In this document: positions 17,157 through 25,644 of the stretch, in pieces
Numbering within the stretch: the first letter of the stretch is position 1
Layout of the letters: each line of letters starts with the position of its first letter
From: Solirubrobacterales bacterium
Lineage (GTDB): Bacteria; Actinomycetota; Thermoleophilia; Solirubrobacterales; 70-9
DNA: 51,408 bases
Direction: 5' to 3'
Assembly (NCBI GenBank): GCA_030835185.1
Contig: JAUQWL010000019.1
Span: forward strand, 1 to 51,408
The notes under the pieces: generated by a model
Databases searched by the model: none
What the model was told of the DNA's origin: nothing
The model's input: the letters and a program-made list of their open reading frames with translations, nothing else
Program-made: the position numbers and the translations under genes

Positions 17157-19045
17157 GACGAGCCGCCGCGGCGGCGCAGCCTGAGTCTCTTCCGCTTGAC
17201 GACCGGAGTGCCGCCGGCCGGCAGAAAGGTGGTGGTTACGGTCAGCTCCACCGGTCCCCTGCGGGCGAGTCGCGCAGCCTGCTTGCCGAGCTTGAGGGAG
17301 GCCCGGCGCGAGTTTCCGGATCGCCGGACCAGCCGTTCGGACCGACCGAGCACGACCGGCTTGCCGTCGATCCGCGTCGTCGCTACCTGTCGGACGATCC
17401 CGCGGCCCGGGGTACGCACCCTGGAGAAAACCCTGCCATCGTCTATGCGACAGGATCTGAGGGAGAAAGAGCGGTTCGGCAACGGCTGCAGGCGCCGCCT
17501 TTCCGTGTTGATCAGTTTCTTCCGCAGGCGGCGGTAGTGCTTCTGCTGCCGGCCGTTGCGTCTCGACTCCGGACCGGCCAGATTCTTCTTCTCGAGCGGG
17601 TCGTTTCGCAGGTCGTAGAGTTCCCATTCCGGCGCCTTTTTCCGCTCCGGGTCGTAGTACTTGGCGATTTTCCAGTTTTGTTCCCGAATCGAAACTATGT
17701 GCTGTGGCGCGCGCACGTACGGGCCGTGCTTCTGACCCGCCTGATAGTCGTCGAAGGTGAAGACGATGTGATCCTGCACCGGCTTCGTCGACCGGCCGAG
17801 TACAAGTCTCGAATAGTCCTTGCCTGCCCATTTTGCCCGAGCGCTGTGCGGGGCGTCGACCAGTCCCGCCAGAGTCGGCAACAGATCGACGTGCGAAACG
17901 AGTGCGTTGACAGACGTGCCCCCCTCGAATATCTCCGGGTTGGAGAAGACCATCGGGACCCGCAACGTCTCTTCGTAGGCATTGAAGTTCTTCTGTCTCA
18001 TGGCACCGTGGGCGAGTCCCATCTCGCCGTGGTCGGACGTGCGGATCACGACCGTGTCCCCGGTCAACCCCCTGGAGTCGAGCAGGTCGAGGATCTCCAC
18101 CAGATAGCCGTCCACGACCTTCGAGAGGTTCGCGTAAAAGTTGAGGTACGCCAGTTTCTTCTCGTCGGTGTCGAGCTCGCCGGTCAGATTGAAGATCCTG
18201 AAGAATCGCTCATGAGCGGCGGGGCGGTTGCCGAACCCCTGGTCAACGGTCTCCGGCAGCTCGATCTCTCCCTCGAGCCAGGTGTCGTCGTAGCCACCCT
18301 CGACGTAATTGTTCGGGTAGAGCAGGACGTCGTGCGGGTTGACCAGGGAGACGATCAGGCAGAAAGGCTTGCCCGATCCGGTGCGGGTGTTCAGATATTG
18401 CAGGACGCCCTCCTCGCCCTTCGCCGGATCTCCGTCGTGATCGATGTAGCGGCCGTCGTTGTCGTTGACTCCCCCACCCTGCTGCTCGATCGACTGGTCG
18501 GCGCCGGCATCCGGCGGGTTCCAGCGGTCGAAGCCGTACTTCTGCAGATCGGAGGGCGCGAACTCTTCTCCCTCCGGCTTGGAGAGATGCCACTTGCCTT
18601 TGTAGACGACGTCGTAGCCGGATTCCGACATGACCGATGCCAGATTCTTGAGATCGCCCGGGAGTTCCACCTGTGGATACTCGGATGCCGGCATGTCCTC
18701 TTCCAGCGTGTACTTGACTCCGTGCTGGGCCGGGTAGTAGCCGGTGAACATCGTCGCCCGCGACGGCGAGCACATGCACGAATTGCAGAATGCGTTGTTG
18801 AAGGTGACTCCGGTGTCCTGCAGCCGTGTGAGGCCGGGCAGGTTCTCCCTCGCCCAGTTTTCAGGGAAGTGTTGGACGGCACGGTCCTGGTCGGTTATGA
18901 AGATCACGATGTTCTTGCCGGCCACCGGACTCGCGTTCCCCGCCTCTGCAGCCGTGCTGCCGAGCACAGATCCGCCGACGACCAGCCCCGGTGCAGCAAT
19001 CGCCGCCCGCTTCAGTGCCTCACGTCTCGTAATCAAGTACCCCAC
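17153..19045 (-). CDS. Tat-exported Cys-type sulfatase with an Arg/Lys-rich C-terminal extension of about 130 aa
   Basis: It has the twin-arginine leader 'ITRREALKRAAIAAPGLVVGG' and the sulfatase signature 'CSPSRATMFTG', plus 'SDHGEM'. The start is uncertain: GTG 19045, TTG 19036 or GTG 19126. Its stop overlaps the PBP stop in a CTAG (17153-17156). Confidence 0.85.
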   Translation of the reverse strand: MGYLITRREALKRAAIAAPGLVVGGSVLGSTAAEAGNASPVAGKNIVIFITDQDRAVQHFPENWARENLPGLTRLQDTGVTFNNAFCNSCMCSPSRATMFTGYYPAQHGVKYTLEEDMPASEYPQVELPGDLKNLASVMSESGYDVVYKGKWHLSKPEGEEFAPSDLQKYGFDRWNPPDAGADQSIEQQGGGVNDNDGRYIDHDGDPAKGEEGVLQYLNTRTGSGKPFCLIVSLVNPHDVLLYPNNYVEGGYDDTWLEGEIELPETVDQGFGNRPAAHERFFRIFNLTGELDTDEKKLAYLNFYANLSKVVDGYLVEILDLLDSRGLTGDTVVIRTSDHGEMGLAHGAMRQKNFNAYEETLRVPMVFSNPEIFEGGTSVNALVSHVDLLPTLAGLVDAPHSARAKWAGKDYSRLVLGRSTKPVQDHIVFTFDDYQAGQKHGPYVRAPQHIVSIREQNWKIAKYYDPERKKAPEWELYDLRNDPLEKKNLAGPESRRNGRQQKHYRRLRKKLINTERRRLQPLPNRSFSLRSCRIDDGRVFSRVRTPGRGIVRQVATTRIDGKPVVLGRSERLVRRSGNSRRASLKLGKQAARLARRGPVELTVTTTFLPAGGTPVVKRKRLRLRRRGGSS

Positions 19046-19131
19046 CCTTTCCCGTACATACGCTTCCGGCCTCCCGGTACTCTGACCGGTGCGGGCCCCA
19101 CCAATGATCTGCCACGATTCAAACACATATA

Positions 19132-19145
19132 TTGACGCGCGTCAA
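19132..19145. promoter_or_regulatory. Perfect 14-bp palindrome TTGACGCGCGTCAA, a candidate TetR operator
   Basis: It was read directly from the sequence. It lies in the divergent region between the sulfatase and the TetR gene, 44 nt upstream of the tetR ATG and next to an ATATAT stretch. Confidence 0.5.
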
Positions 19146-19188
19146 GTCTTGTACGCGACCCTGCTCCACGGACCAGCGAAGGCAAGCA

Positions 19189-19854
19189 ATGAAGGCGTCA
19201 CCCAATGACCCAGCGGCAGTCGACGGCATCGCGATCGGCGTAGTCCCGAAGCAGCAGCGCGGAGCCGAAGTGCGTGCCCGCCTGCTCTCGGCCGCCGTCG
19301 ACGAGATCAGGAAGAAAGGCATCGAAGGTGCCCGCGTCGAGAACATCGTCGCGGAGGCCGGCACCAGCTGGGGTACCTTCTTCCGCTACTTTCCGCGCAA
19401 AGAGGACGTCCTGCTGGTCGAGTTCGCCGGCCTGTTCCGCGACCACATCCGGCCGGCCTTCGACCGGGCGCTTGCCGACCGGGACCTGGCCACCGAAGAT
19501 GTGGCGCGAAATACGTTTGACGAGTTGATGGAACCGCGGATAAGCCCCAGGTTCCAGGCCGAGATGATCCTCGAAACGGTTCAGCATCCGTTGCGCTTCG
19601 CGGCGATAATCGGCGAAGGGGAACTGCCCCTGGTCGCGCTGATTACCCAGCTCATGGTCACCGGCCGGCAGCGGAACGAGGTGCGTACTGACGTCCCGGC
19701 CCACATCTGCGCCATGGTCCTGACCGCCGGGGTCGTATTCCCCGTCTCACGCATGCTCGATGCCGTCGCGGCCGGCGAGCTGTCCATCGAGCAGCTCAAA
19801 GAGGTCGCGGGTCAGGCGTTCGAGGTCTCCTGGAGCGGACTCCGGCCGCAGTAG
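19189..19854 (+). CDS. TetR/AcrR-family transcriptional regulator
   Basis: The N-terminal HTH reads 'RARLLSAAVDEIRKKGIEGARVENIVAEAGTSWGTFFRYFPRKEDVL'. The ATG at 19189 has a GAAGG SD 6 nt upstream. Confidence 0.85.
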   Translation: MKASPNDPAAVDGIAIGVVPKQQRGAEVRARLLSAAVDEIRKKGIEGARVENIVAEAGTSWGTFFRYFPRKEDVLLVEFAGLFRDHIRPAFDRALADRDLATEDVARNTFDELMEPRISPRFQAEMILETVQHPLRFAAIIGEGELPLVALITQLMVTGRQRNEVRTDVPAHICAMVLTAGVVFPVSRMLDAVAAGELSIEQLKEVAGQAFEVSWSGLRPQ

Positions 19855-19858
19855 CCGG

Positions 19859-20182
19859 TCAGGTGGCCTCTTCCGCCGAAACGTCCTGCGGTGGAGTCGA
19901 GAGGGCGAGCAGGACCAGGGCGCCCACCCCGCCGGCGGTAAGCAGAACGCGGCCCACCACCGGCAGAAGAAAACCCAGCGCGATGCCGGCGAGACAGAGC
20001 AGGGCAGTCAGTCCGAGTGGAATCCACCACTCTTCGACGAAGGGGCCTCGCAGACGGGCGTAGGGCGCAGAAACGACCGTGCCGAGAAGCAGCAGGCCGG
20101 CCCCGGCGGCCGACAGCCCGAAGCCCAGCGGCGAGAGCAGGCACAGAACGGCGCCGGTGCCGGCGATCACCTGGCCCGGCAT
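19859..20182 (-). CDS. Small hydrophobic membrane protein (hypothetical)
   Basis: Three to four hydrophobic segments are visible. The ATG at 20182 is preferred; the TTG at 20230 would overlap the upstream lipoprotein gene by 17 nt. Confidence 0.45.
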   Translation of the reverse strand: MPGQVIAGTGAVLCLLSPLGFGLSAAGAGLLLLGTVVSAPYARLRGPFVEEWWIPLGLTALLCLAGIALGFLLPVVGRVLLTAGGVGALVLLALSTPPQDVSAEEAT

Positions 20183-20213
20183 CCCGGCCGGTATGACTCC
20201 CGCGAAAGCTCGC

Positions 20214-20792
20214 TCAGAGGTCGAGCTCAACCTCTGCCAGTTCCCCGTCGCCGGCGAGTTCGAGCACGACCGGCCTCAACTCAAGCGTTTCGTCCGGAAC
20301 CTTGTAGAGGAGCATCGAAGCCTGGATCGGGCCGACCTGCGGAGTCGAGTCGATTTCCGGGAACTGCTCGCCGGGCTCGAGCGTCGCTCCCGTGGGAAGG
20401 GCGTAGACCGAATCGCTCTCGATGCTTTCGTAGCGACCGCCGGCCGTATCGACTATCTCAAAGCTCTCCGGGACATCGTGAGCGACATCGCCCTTGTTCT
20501 CGATCTTGACGAATACGCCGATGTAAGTCTCGCCGGGTTTCGGCGGGGGCTGGCCCTCGAGGTACTCGCGATCCTCGACGTCGAAGCGGTTCAGAGGCCG
20601 CGTGAAGAATACGTTGTACTCGAACGGGTCGAGCTCGACCGGCTCGCCTTCGATGACGACTTCGACCTCCCCTTCGGCCGAGCCCTCAGCCTCGTCGTCA
20701 GAGCCGCAGGCTGCGAGCGCGAAGCCCGAGAAAGCGAGAAGGAGGACCGCCATGAGGGCACGAAACGATTTGCTGTTCAAAGTTGTCTCCAT
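20214..20792 (-). CDS. Lipoprotein, DUF4352-like beta-sandwich (hypothetical)
   Basis: It has a signal peptide with the lipobox 'FALAAC', followed by an acidic linker and a beta-rich domain. Confidence 0.6.
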   Translation of the reverse strand: METTLNSKSFRALMAVLLLAFSGFALAACGSDDEAEGSAEGEVEVVIEGEPVELDPFEYNVFFTRPLNRFDVEDREYLEGQPPPKPGETYIGVFVKIENKGDVAHDVPESFEIVDTAGGRYESIESDSVYALPTGATLEPGEQFPEIDSTPQVGPIQASMLLYKVPDETLELRPVVLELAGDGELAEVELDL

Positions 20793-20821
20793 CGGGCGGG
20801 GAGTTTATTCGTCTGGAGGGC

Positions 20822-21331
20822 CTAGAGGATGCCGGTCCTGTAGCGGTTGCCTCCTGCCACGGCCATTTGCTCGGTTGCGGTGGCTTCGGCCTCGATCAGG
20901 TCGCGCAGATTCGTCAGGGCCCGGTGCAACTGCCGGCCGTACCAGCGCGAGCCTCCGGTCAGCCGCTGGAAGTAGCGGTAGACACCGTAAGGATCGATCC
21001 AGTACGAGAGCCGGACGACGCTGACGCCGTTCGGGCGCTCGGCGATCTCCCACTCGAAACCCGTCCTGTTGCGGTTGAGCCGGCCGGTAGCACCCCGCTC
21101 CGAGATCCGGCTCGGCCGGTCGACGGCGGTGATCGCGGTGTCGTTCCAGGCACTACGTCGCTTGAAGCGAAACCTCGCACCCGCACCAACGCCACGGCTT
21201 TCCAGCCGGAGCAGCCTGAAATCCTCGATCGCGCCATCGAACAGCCTCGCTCGCGTATTGATGTCGAGCAGGTAGTCGAAGATCACCTCACGCGGCGCGT
21301 CGATCTCGATTTCGGCGTAGACGGGACCCAT
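20822..21331 (-). CDS. SRPBCC-superfamily (polyketide cyclase/dehydrase-like) protein
   Basis: 'VYAEIEIDAPREVIFDYLLD' is a typical SRPBCC N-terminus, and the 169-aa size fits. Confidence 0.65.
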   Translation of the reverse strand: MGPVYAEIEIDAPREVIFDYLLDINTRARLFDGAIEDFRLLRLESRGVGAGARFRFKRRSAWNDTAITAVDRPSRISERGATGRLNRNRTGFEWEIAERPNGVSVVRLSYWIDPYGVYRYFQRLTGGSRWYGRQLHRALTNLRDLIEAEATATEQMAVAGGNRYRTGIL

Positions 21332-21390
21332 CGGTGCCTGATTGTAGGGCCTTCGCCGCCGACGCCCTGCCCCGGGGGCGCGGGTAGGGT

Positions 21391-22191
21391 GTGCTGGTGG
21401 CCATCACGATCGCGATCCTCTCCCAGAAGGGTGGAACAGGCAAGACGACCCTGACCCGGTCGCTGGCCGATGGACTCACCCGCGCCGGGCTGAACACCCT
21501 GGCGATCGACAGTGACCCCCAGGGCAACCTCTCCGAATACTTCGGCGTCCCGGCCGAGGCCTATCCGACTCTGGGGGAGGTGCTCGCCGGCCGCGAAAAG
21601 GCGGTGGACGCCATTCACGACGGCGTGATCCCGGCCAACCTCGGCCTGGCTGAGGCCGAGTTGATGCTGGCCGGCAAGATCGGCCGCGAACTGACGTTGC
21701 GCAGCGCCTTGCGGGAGCCGAAGCGCCACCACGACGTGATCCTGATCGACTGCCCGCCGACGCTCGGCCTGCTGACCGTGAACGCGCTGGTTGCCTCCGA
21801 CCGCGCGATCCTCTCGACAGAAGCCGAGCACTTCTCCGAACAGGGCGCGGAACAGGCCATGGAAGTGATCAACCTGGCCCGGGAGAACCTCAACCCGGAC
21901 CTGGAACTGCTCGGGATCATGCTGAACATCGCCGACATGCGAACCAGACACGCCCGTCGCACGCTCGAGCTGCTGCGCGAAGAGTTCGGCGACCTCGTCT
22001 TCGACACCGTGATCCGTCGCTCGATCGTCTATCCGGAGTCGGCCCGGGCCGGCCGGCCGATCTACGAGTTCAATCGCCGCAAGGCGCTCGACTACGCACG
22101 CCTCACGGTCGAGGTCCTCGAAAGGCTCGACCTCCCCGGCCCTCTGGGCAGGGCCCGCAAGACCCTGCGCGAACTCGAACCGAAGTCCTGA
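21391..22191 (+). CDS. ParA/Soj-family P-loop ATPase (orphan)
   Basis: It has the deviant Walker A 'SQKGGTGKTT', 'AIDSDPQGNL' and Walker B 'VILIDCPP'. It uses a GTG start. No ParB-like partner is nearby. Confidence 0.85.
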   Translation: MLVAITIAILSQKGGTGKTTLTRSLADGLTRAGLNTLAIDSDPQGNLSEYFGVPAEAYPTLGEVLAGREKAVDAIHDGVIPANLGLAEAELMLAGKIGRELTLRSALREPKRHHDVILIDCPPTLGLLTVNALVASDRAILSTEAEHFSEQGAEQAMEVINLARENLNPDLELLGIMLNIADMRTRHARRTLELLREEFGDLVFDTVIRRSIVYPESARAGRPIYEFNRRKALDYARLTVEVLERLDLPGPLGRARKTLRELEPKS

Positions 22192-22236
22192 ACCCCGGCC
22201 ACCCGGTCCGGGACCTCGTCTGGCATGCGGTTTTTC

Positions 22237-22611
22237 TCAGGGACCGAGAATGGCGGCCCAGACGAGGCCACCGGAGACGGCGATGAATGAGATCGTGGCC
22301 AGTCCGCGGTACCAGAGCCGTTTTTCGGCAGCCGGGCTGAAAGCCAGAGGAATGAAGAGGGACGGGTTGACCACCGTGCCGAAGACCAGCATCGCCTGAA
22401 GCAGCCCGGGCGGGTCGGACACGACCAGACCGACTGCGATCAGGATCAGGCCCATCATCACGAAATCGAGGTGGATCTGGAGGATCCGGTGAGGCTGGAC
22501 CACCCCGATGCGCTTCAGCCACTCGGGCTTCTCCGATCGGACGACCATGGCCCAGCCGAGCAGAGCCCCGATCGCCAGCTCGATCAGACCGACCTGGAGC
22601 AGGAGGTCCAC
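22237..22611 (-). CDS. Small 4-TM membrane protein (hypothetical)
   Basis: The profile is hydrophobic. The GTG start lies 4 nt after the thrB stop on the same strand. Confidence 0.5.
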   Translation of the reverse strand: MDLLLQVGLIELAIGALLGWAMVVRSEKPEWLKRIGVVQPHRILQIHLDFVMMGLILIAVGLVVSDPPGLLQAMLVFGTVVNPSLFIPLAFSPAAEKRLWYRGLATISFIAVSGGLVWAAILGP

Positions 22612-22615
22612 CGCT

Positions 22616-23491
22616 TCAGAGCTCCGGTACGTCGGCGCCGACCGGGCTGAAGCCGACCCGGCGTACGTCGGCCCAACCGTCGCAGCGCTGCTTCAGGGCA
22701 GCAGACACCATCCCGGTCTCCTGCCATCCCGACCAGACCAGAACGGTCGGACCGGCGCCGGAGATCGTCGCTCCTATCGCACCCAGCGAGGCTGCTTCAT
22801 CGACGATCTCCATCGACTTCGGGAAAAGATGCCTCCGGCGGTCCTGATGGATTCGATCCCGGATGCCGACGGCGATCAGGTCGAAGTCGCCGCCGCTGAG
22901 TCCCAGCGCAAGGTGAGCCGCCGCTGAAGTGTTGGCCACTGCGTCGGCGAGTGGTACGTCCGACGGGATCGCCTCCCGGGCGAGCCTGGTAGAGACCTCC
23001 CCGCGGGGTATGACCAGCACGCCCTCGAGGCCTTCCGGCGAGTCGATCCGGGTCGCCACCAGTTCGGATCCGCTTTCCGCACAGACCACGAAACCGCCGC
23101 ATATGGCCGCGGCGACGTTGTCGGGATGGCCCTCCAGGGCCGTCGCCCGCTCCAGCAGGTCCTGGCGCTCGAGCCCGAGTTCGTACATGTGGTCGGCCGC
23201 GAGCAGGCCGGCCACGATCGCGGCTGCGCTGGAGCCCATTCCGCGGGCGAGCGGGATGTCGCCGCCGATCCGGAAGCTCAGGCCATCGGCCGGATGGAGG
23301 GTCTCGAATGCGCGCACGACGAGGTTGTCGCGACCGGTCGATACGTCCAGGCTGCACTCGACCGAGAACTCGCCGGTCTCGCTGACCTCGAGTTCGAGAT
23401 GGATATCCAGCGCGGCGGCCATGACGTCGTAGCCCGGCCCGAGGTTGGCGGAAGAAGCCGGTACCCGGACGAGTCGGTGGCGGTCGGTCAC
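22616..23491 (-). CDS. thrB: Homoserine kinase
   Basis: It has 'VRVPASSANLGPGYDVMA' and the GHMP-kinase motif 'PLARGMGSSAAAIVAG'. GTG 23491 is the only plausible start. The remainder of the tracked 512-aa ORF is antisense to the antiporter gene. Confidence 0.9.
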   Translation of the reverse strand: MTDRHRLVRVPASSANLGPGYDVMAAALDIHLELEVSETGEFSVECSLDVSTGRDNLVVRAFETLHPADGLSFRIGGDIPLARGMGSSAAAIVAGLLAADHMYELGLERQDLLERATALEGHPDNVAAAICGGFVVCAESGSELVATRIDSPEGLEGVLVIPRGEVSTRLAREAIPSDVPLADAVANTSAAAHLALGLSGGDFDLIAVGIRDRIHQDRRRHLFPKSMEIVDEAASLGAIGATISGAGPTVLVWSGWQETGMVSAALKQRCDGWADVRRVGFSPVGADVPEL

Positions 23492-23504
23492 GGGCCGAAA
23501 GGTA

Positions 23505-24800
23505 TTGAATTGTCGGATCGAAGTCGGATTCCCCGAAATCGTCCTCACCGTCGGACTGCTGTTGATCGTCATATCCGGGCTGTCGGGTCTGGCCCACGGC
23601 ACTGTCCTTTCGGTCTCGGTCCTCTCGGTTGCGGCGGGCATGCTGCTCCATGCGGTGGGAGTACTCGACGTCAACCCTCGCGACGGAAGCGTCGTCGCGA
23701 TCGTCGAACTGGCCCTGATCTTCACGCTGTTCAGCGACGGGCTGGTGGTCGAACGCGAACTGCTGGTCAGAAACATCGGACCGACCGCCAGGGCGCTGAT
23801 CCTGGCGATGCCCGCGACCATGGCCCTGATCGCCGTGGCAGCAAAGTTCCTGTTCAGCGAGCTCTCCTGGGCCGAGGCTTTCCTGCTCGGGGCAGTGCTG
23901 GCCCCGACCGACCCGGTGATCACCTCGGCCGTTGTGGCAGCCAAGGGGATCCCCGCGAAGCTGCGGCACGTACTCAACCTGGAATCCGGCCTCAACGACG
24001 GTCTGGCCCTGCCTTTCGTCCTGTTCTTCATCGTGATCGCCTCCCACGAGTCCGGAGCGGGGACCGAAGCCGTGATCCTCTTCGCGGAGGCGATCGTCGG
24101 CGGAATCATCGGCTTTCTGCTGGCGACCGTGGCCGGCCGCGCGATCGACGACATGCCCGGCGTCGGTCTGACCGGGAAGTACGAGGGCGTCTACGCACTC
24201 GGAATCAGCCTCGCCGCCTTCGGCCTGGCGGAGGTCACCTTCGGAAACGGCCTGATCGCCACCTTCGTCGCCGGCATTGCACTCGCAGTTGCCGACCGCG
24301 ACGTCCCAGACGCCTTCCAGGACTTCAACGAGAGCGTCGGAGCCGTCCTCCAGACCGTCACCTTCTTCGTATTCGGCGCACTGGTCGTCGCGATCGGCGT
24401 GCCGGCTCCGGTGGCCGCAGTGGTGGTGCTGATCCTCTTCACCCTCCTGGTCGCCAGGCCGGTCGCAATCATGGGATCGCTCGCCGGTTCCGGGCTTCCG
24501 CGAATCCAGAAGCGCTTCCTCGCGTGGTTCGGCCCGAAGGGCGTGGCCTCGATGCTTTTCGCGCTGTTCGTGCTCAAATCCGACGTGACCCAGGCCAACC
24601 TGATCTTCCAGCTGGCGGCCCTGGTGATCCTCGCCTCGATCATCGCCCACGGTCTGACCGACACCGTCGGCGCACGCTGGATCGAGCGCCGGCTCAAGCC
24701 GGACGCGGAAGACTCCCAAGACGGGACGGCGGGGACAGAAACGGATCCGCACGCGACGGTCGCGGGGCAGAGCAACCCCGGCAGTGCCGAAGGGTCATGA
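23505..24800 (+). CDS. Cation:proton (Na+/H+) antiporter, CPA1 family
   Basis: It is a multi-TM protein with 'LGAVLAPTDPV' and 'ESGLNDGLALPF', both typical of NhaP/CPA1. The start is uncertain (TTG 23505 or TTG 23445). Confidence 0.8.
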   Translation: MNCRIEVGFPEIVLTVGLLLIVISGLSGLAHGTVLSVSVLSVAAGMLLHAVGVLDVNPRDGSVVAIVELALIFTLFSDGLVVERELLVRNIGPTARALILAMPATMALIAVAAKFLFSELSWAEAFLLGAVLAPTDPVITSAVVAAKGIPAKLRHVLNLESGLNDGLALPFVLFFIVIASHESGAGTEAVILFAEAIVGGIIGFLLATVAGRAIDDMPGVGLTGKYEGVYALGISLAAFGLAEVTFGNGLIATFVAGIALAVADRDVPDAFQDFNESVGAVLQTVTFFVFGALVVAIGVPAPVAAVVVLILFTLLVARPVAIMGSLAGSGLPRIQKRFLAWFGPKGVASMLFALFVLKSDVTQANLIFQLAALVILASIIAHGLTDTVGARWIERRLKPDAEDSQDGTAGTETDPHATVAGQSNPGSAEGS

Positions 24801-24807
24801 TTGGCTG

Positions 24808-25644
24808 ATGCTCGAATCCCCCTCGCCTGACCCCTCGATGCACTCGCACGGGGACTCACCGCCCGCCCTGGAGATCACCAACCTGACCAAGCGCTATCCG
24901 ACCGGAACCGAGGCTCTCAAGGACGTATCGCTGGAGATCGCTTCCGGTGAATTCTTCGGCCTGCTCGGACCGAACGGGGCCGGCAAGTCGACTCTGATCC
25001 ACTGTTCGACGGGACTCGCCTCCCCCACCTCGGGATCGATCCGCATCTTCGGCAACGACGCGGTCGACGGCTATCAGGCCGCGCGCGAGGCCGTCGGCCT
25101 CGCCCCGCAGGACCTCAATCTCGACTGGTTCCTGACCGTCGAGGAGACCCTCGACTTCCACGGCGGCTACTTCGGCATGAGGAAAGCGGACCGTCGCGAG
25201 CGGGTGAAGGAACTGCTCGACGCCTTCACCCTCACCGACAAGAAGGACGAGCGTACCCGCACCCTCTCCGGCGGCATGAAGCGCCGGCTGGTGCTGGCAC
25301 GGGCGCTGATGCACCGCCCGAAACTGCTGATCCTCGACGAGCCGACCGCCGGCGTCGACGTCGAACTGCGGCTGGAGCTCTGGCAGTACGTGCAGCGCGT
25401 CAATAGGGAAGGCACGACGATCCTGCTTACCACCCACTACCTCGAAGAGGCCGAGCAGCTCTGCAGCCGGATCGCCTTCATCAACGGTGGTCAGATCGTC
25501 GCCGAAGGCTCGAGTCGCGAGCTGGCTGCCGAGTACCAGGTCGAAACGCTCGAGGATGCATATCTCGAACTGGTCGGCCGCAAGGAACTCTCGCGGGCCA
25601 AAGCGATCGCCCTGGCCGAAGCCGAAGCCGGGGAGAACCGATGA
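24808..25644 (+). CDS. ABC transporter ATP-binding protein
   Basis: It has Walker A 'GPNGAGKST', the signature 'LSGGMKRR' and Walker B 'LLILDEPT'. It starts 7 nt after the antiporter stop. Confidence 0.9.
   Translation: MLESPSPDPSMHSHGDSPPALEITNLTKRYPTGTEALKDVSLEIASGEFFGLLGPNGAGKSTLIHCSTGLASPTSGSIRIFGNDAVDGYQAAREAVGLAPQDLNLDWFLTVEETLDFHGGYFGMRKADRRERVKELLDAFTLTDKKDERTRTLSGGMKRRLVLARALMHRPKLLILDEPTAGVDVELRLELWQYVQRVNREGTTILLTTHYLEEAEQLCSRIAFINGGQIVAEGSSRELAAEYQVETLEDAYLELVGRKELSRAKAIALAEAEAGENR

Noticed and set aside
17537-19135. A 532-aa plus-strand ORF antisense to the sulfatase. Similar cases are 37800-39092 (antisense to the thiolase), 33079-34188 (antisense to the oxidoreductase), 41385-42524 and 44880-45800.
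   Set aside because: In each case the opposite strand or another frame encodes a protein with strong family motifs. These ORFs show skewed, low-complexity composition.
22616-24154. Upstream extensions of tracked ORFs that would make thrB 512 aa long. Similar cases are hom at 607 aa (28236-30059), the binding protein at 442 aa (34076-35404) and the CWB2 protein at 497 aa (30592-32085).
   Set aside because: The extensions overlap neighbouring well-supported genes and lack homology-like sequence. Internal starts give proteins of canonical length, often with start-stop coupling or an SD sequence.
22797-24752. A 651-aa minus-strand ORF and a 560-aa plus-strand ORF (23126-24808) overlapping thrB and the antiporter.
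   Set aside because: Their composition is Arg/Gly/Asp/Pro-dominated and unlike real proteins. The same DNA encodes thrB and a CPA1 antiporter with canonical motifs in other frames.
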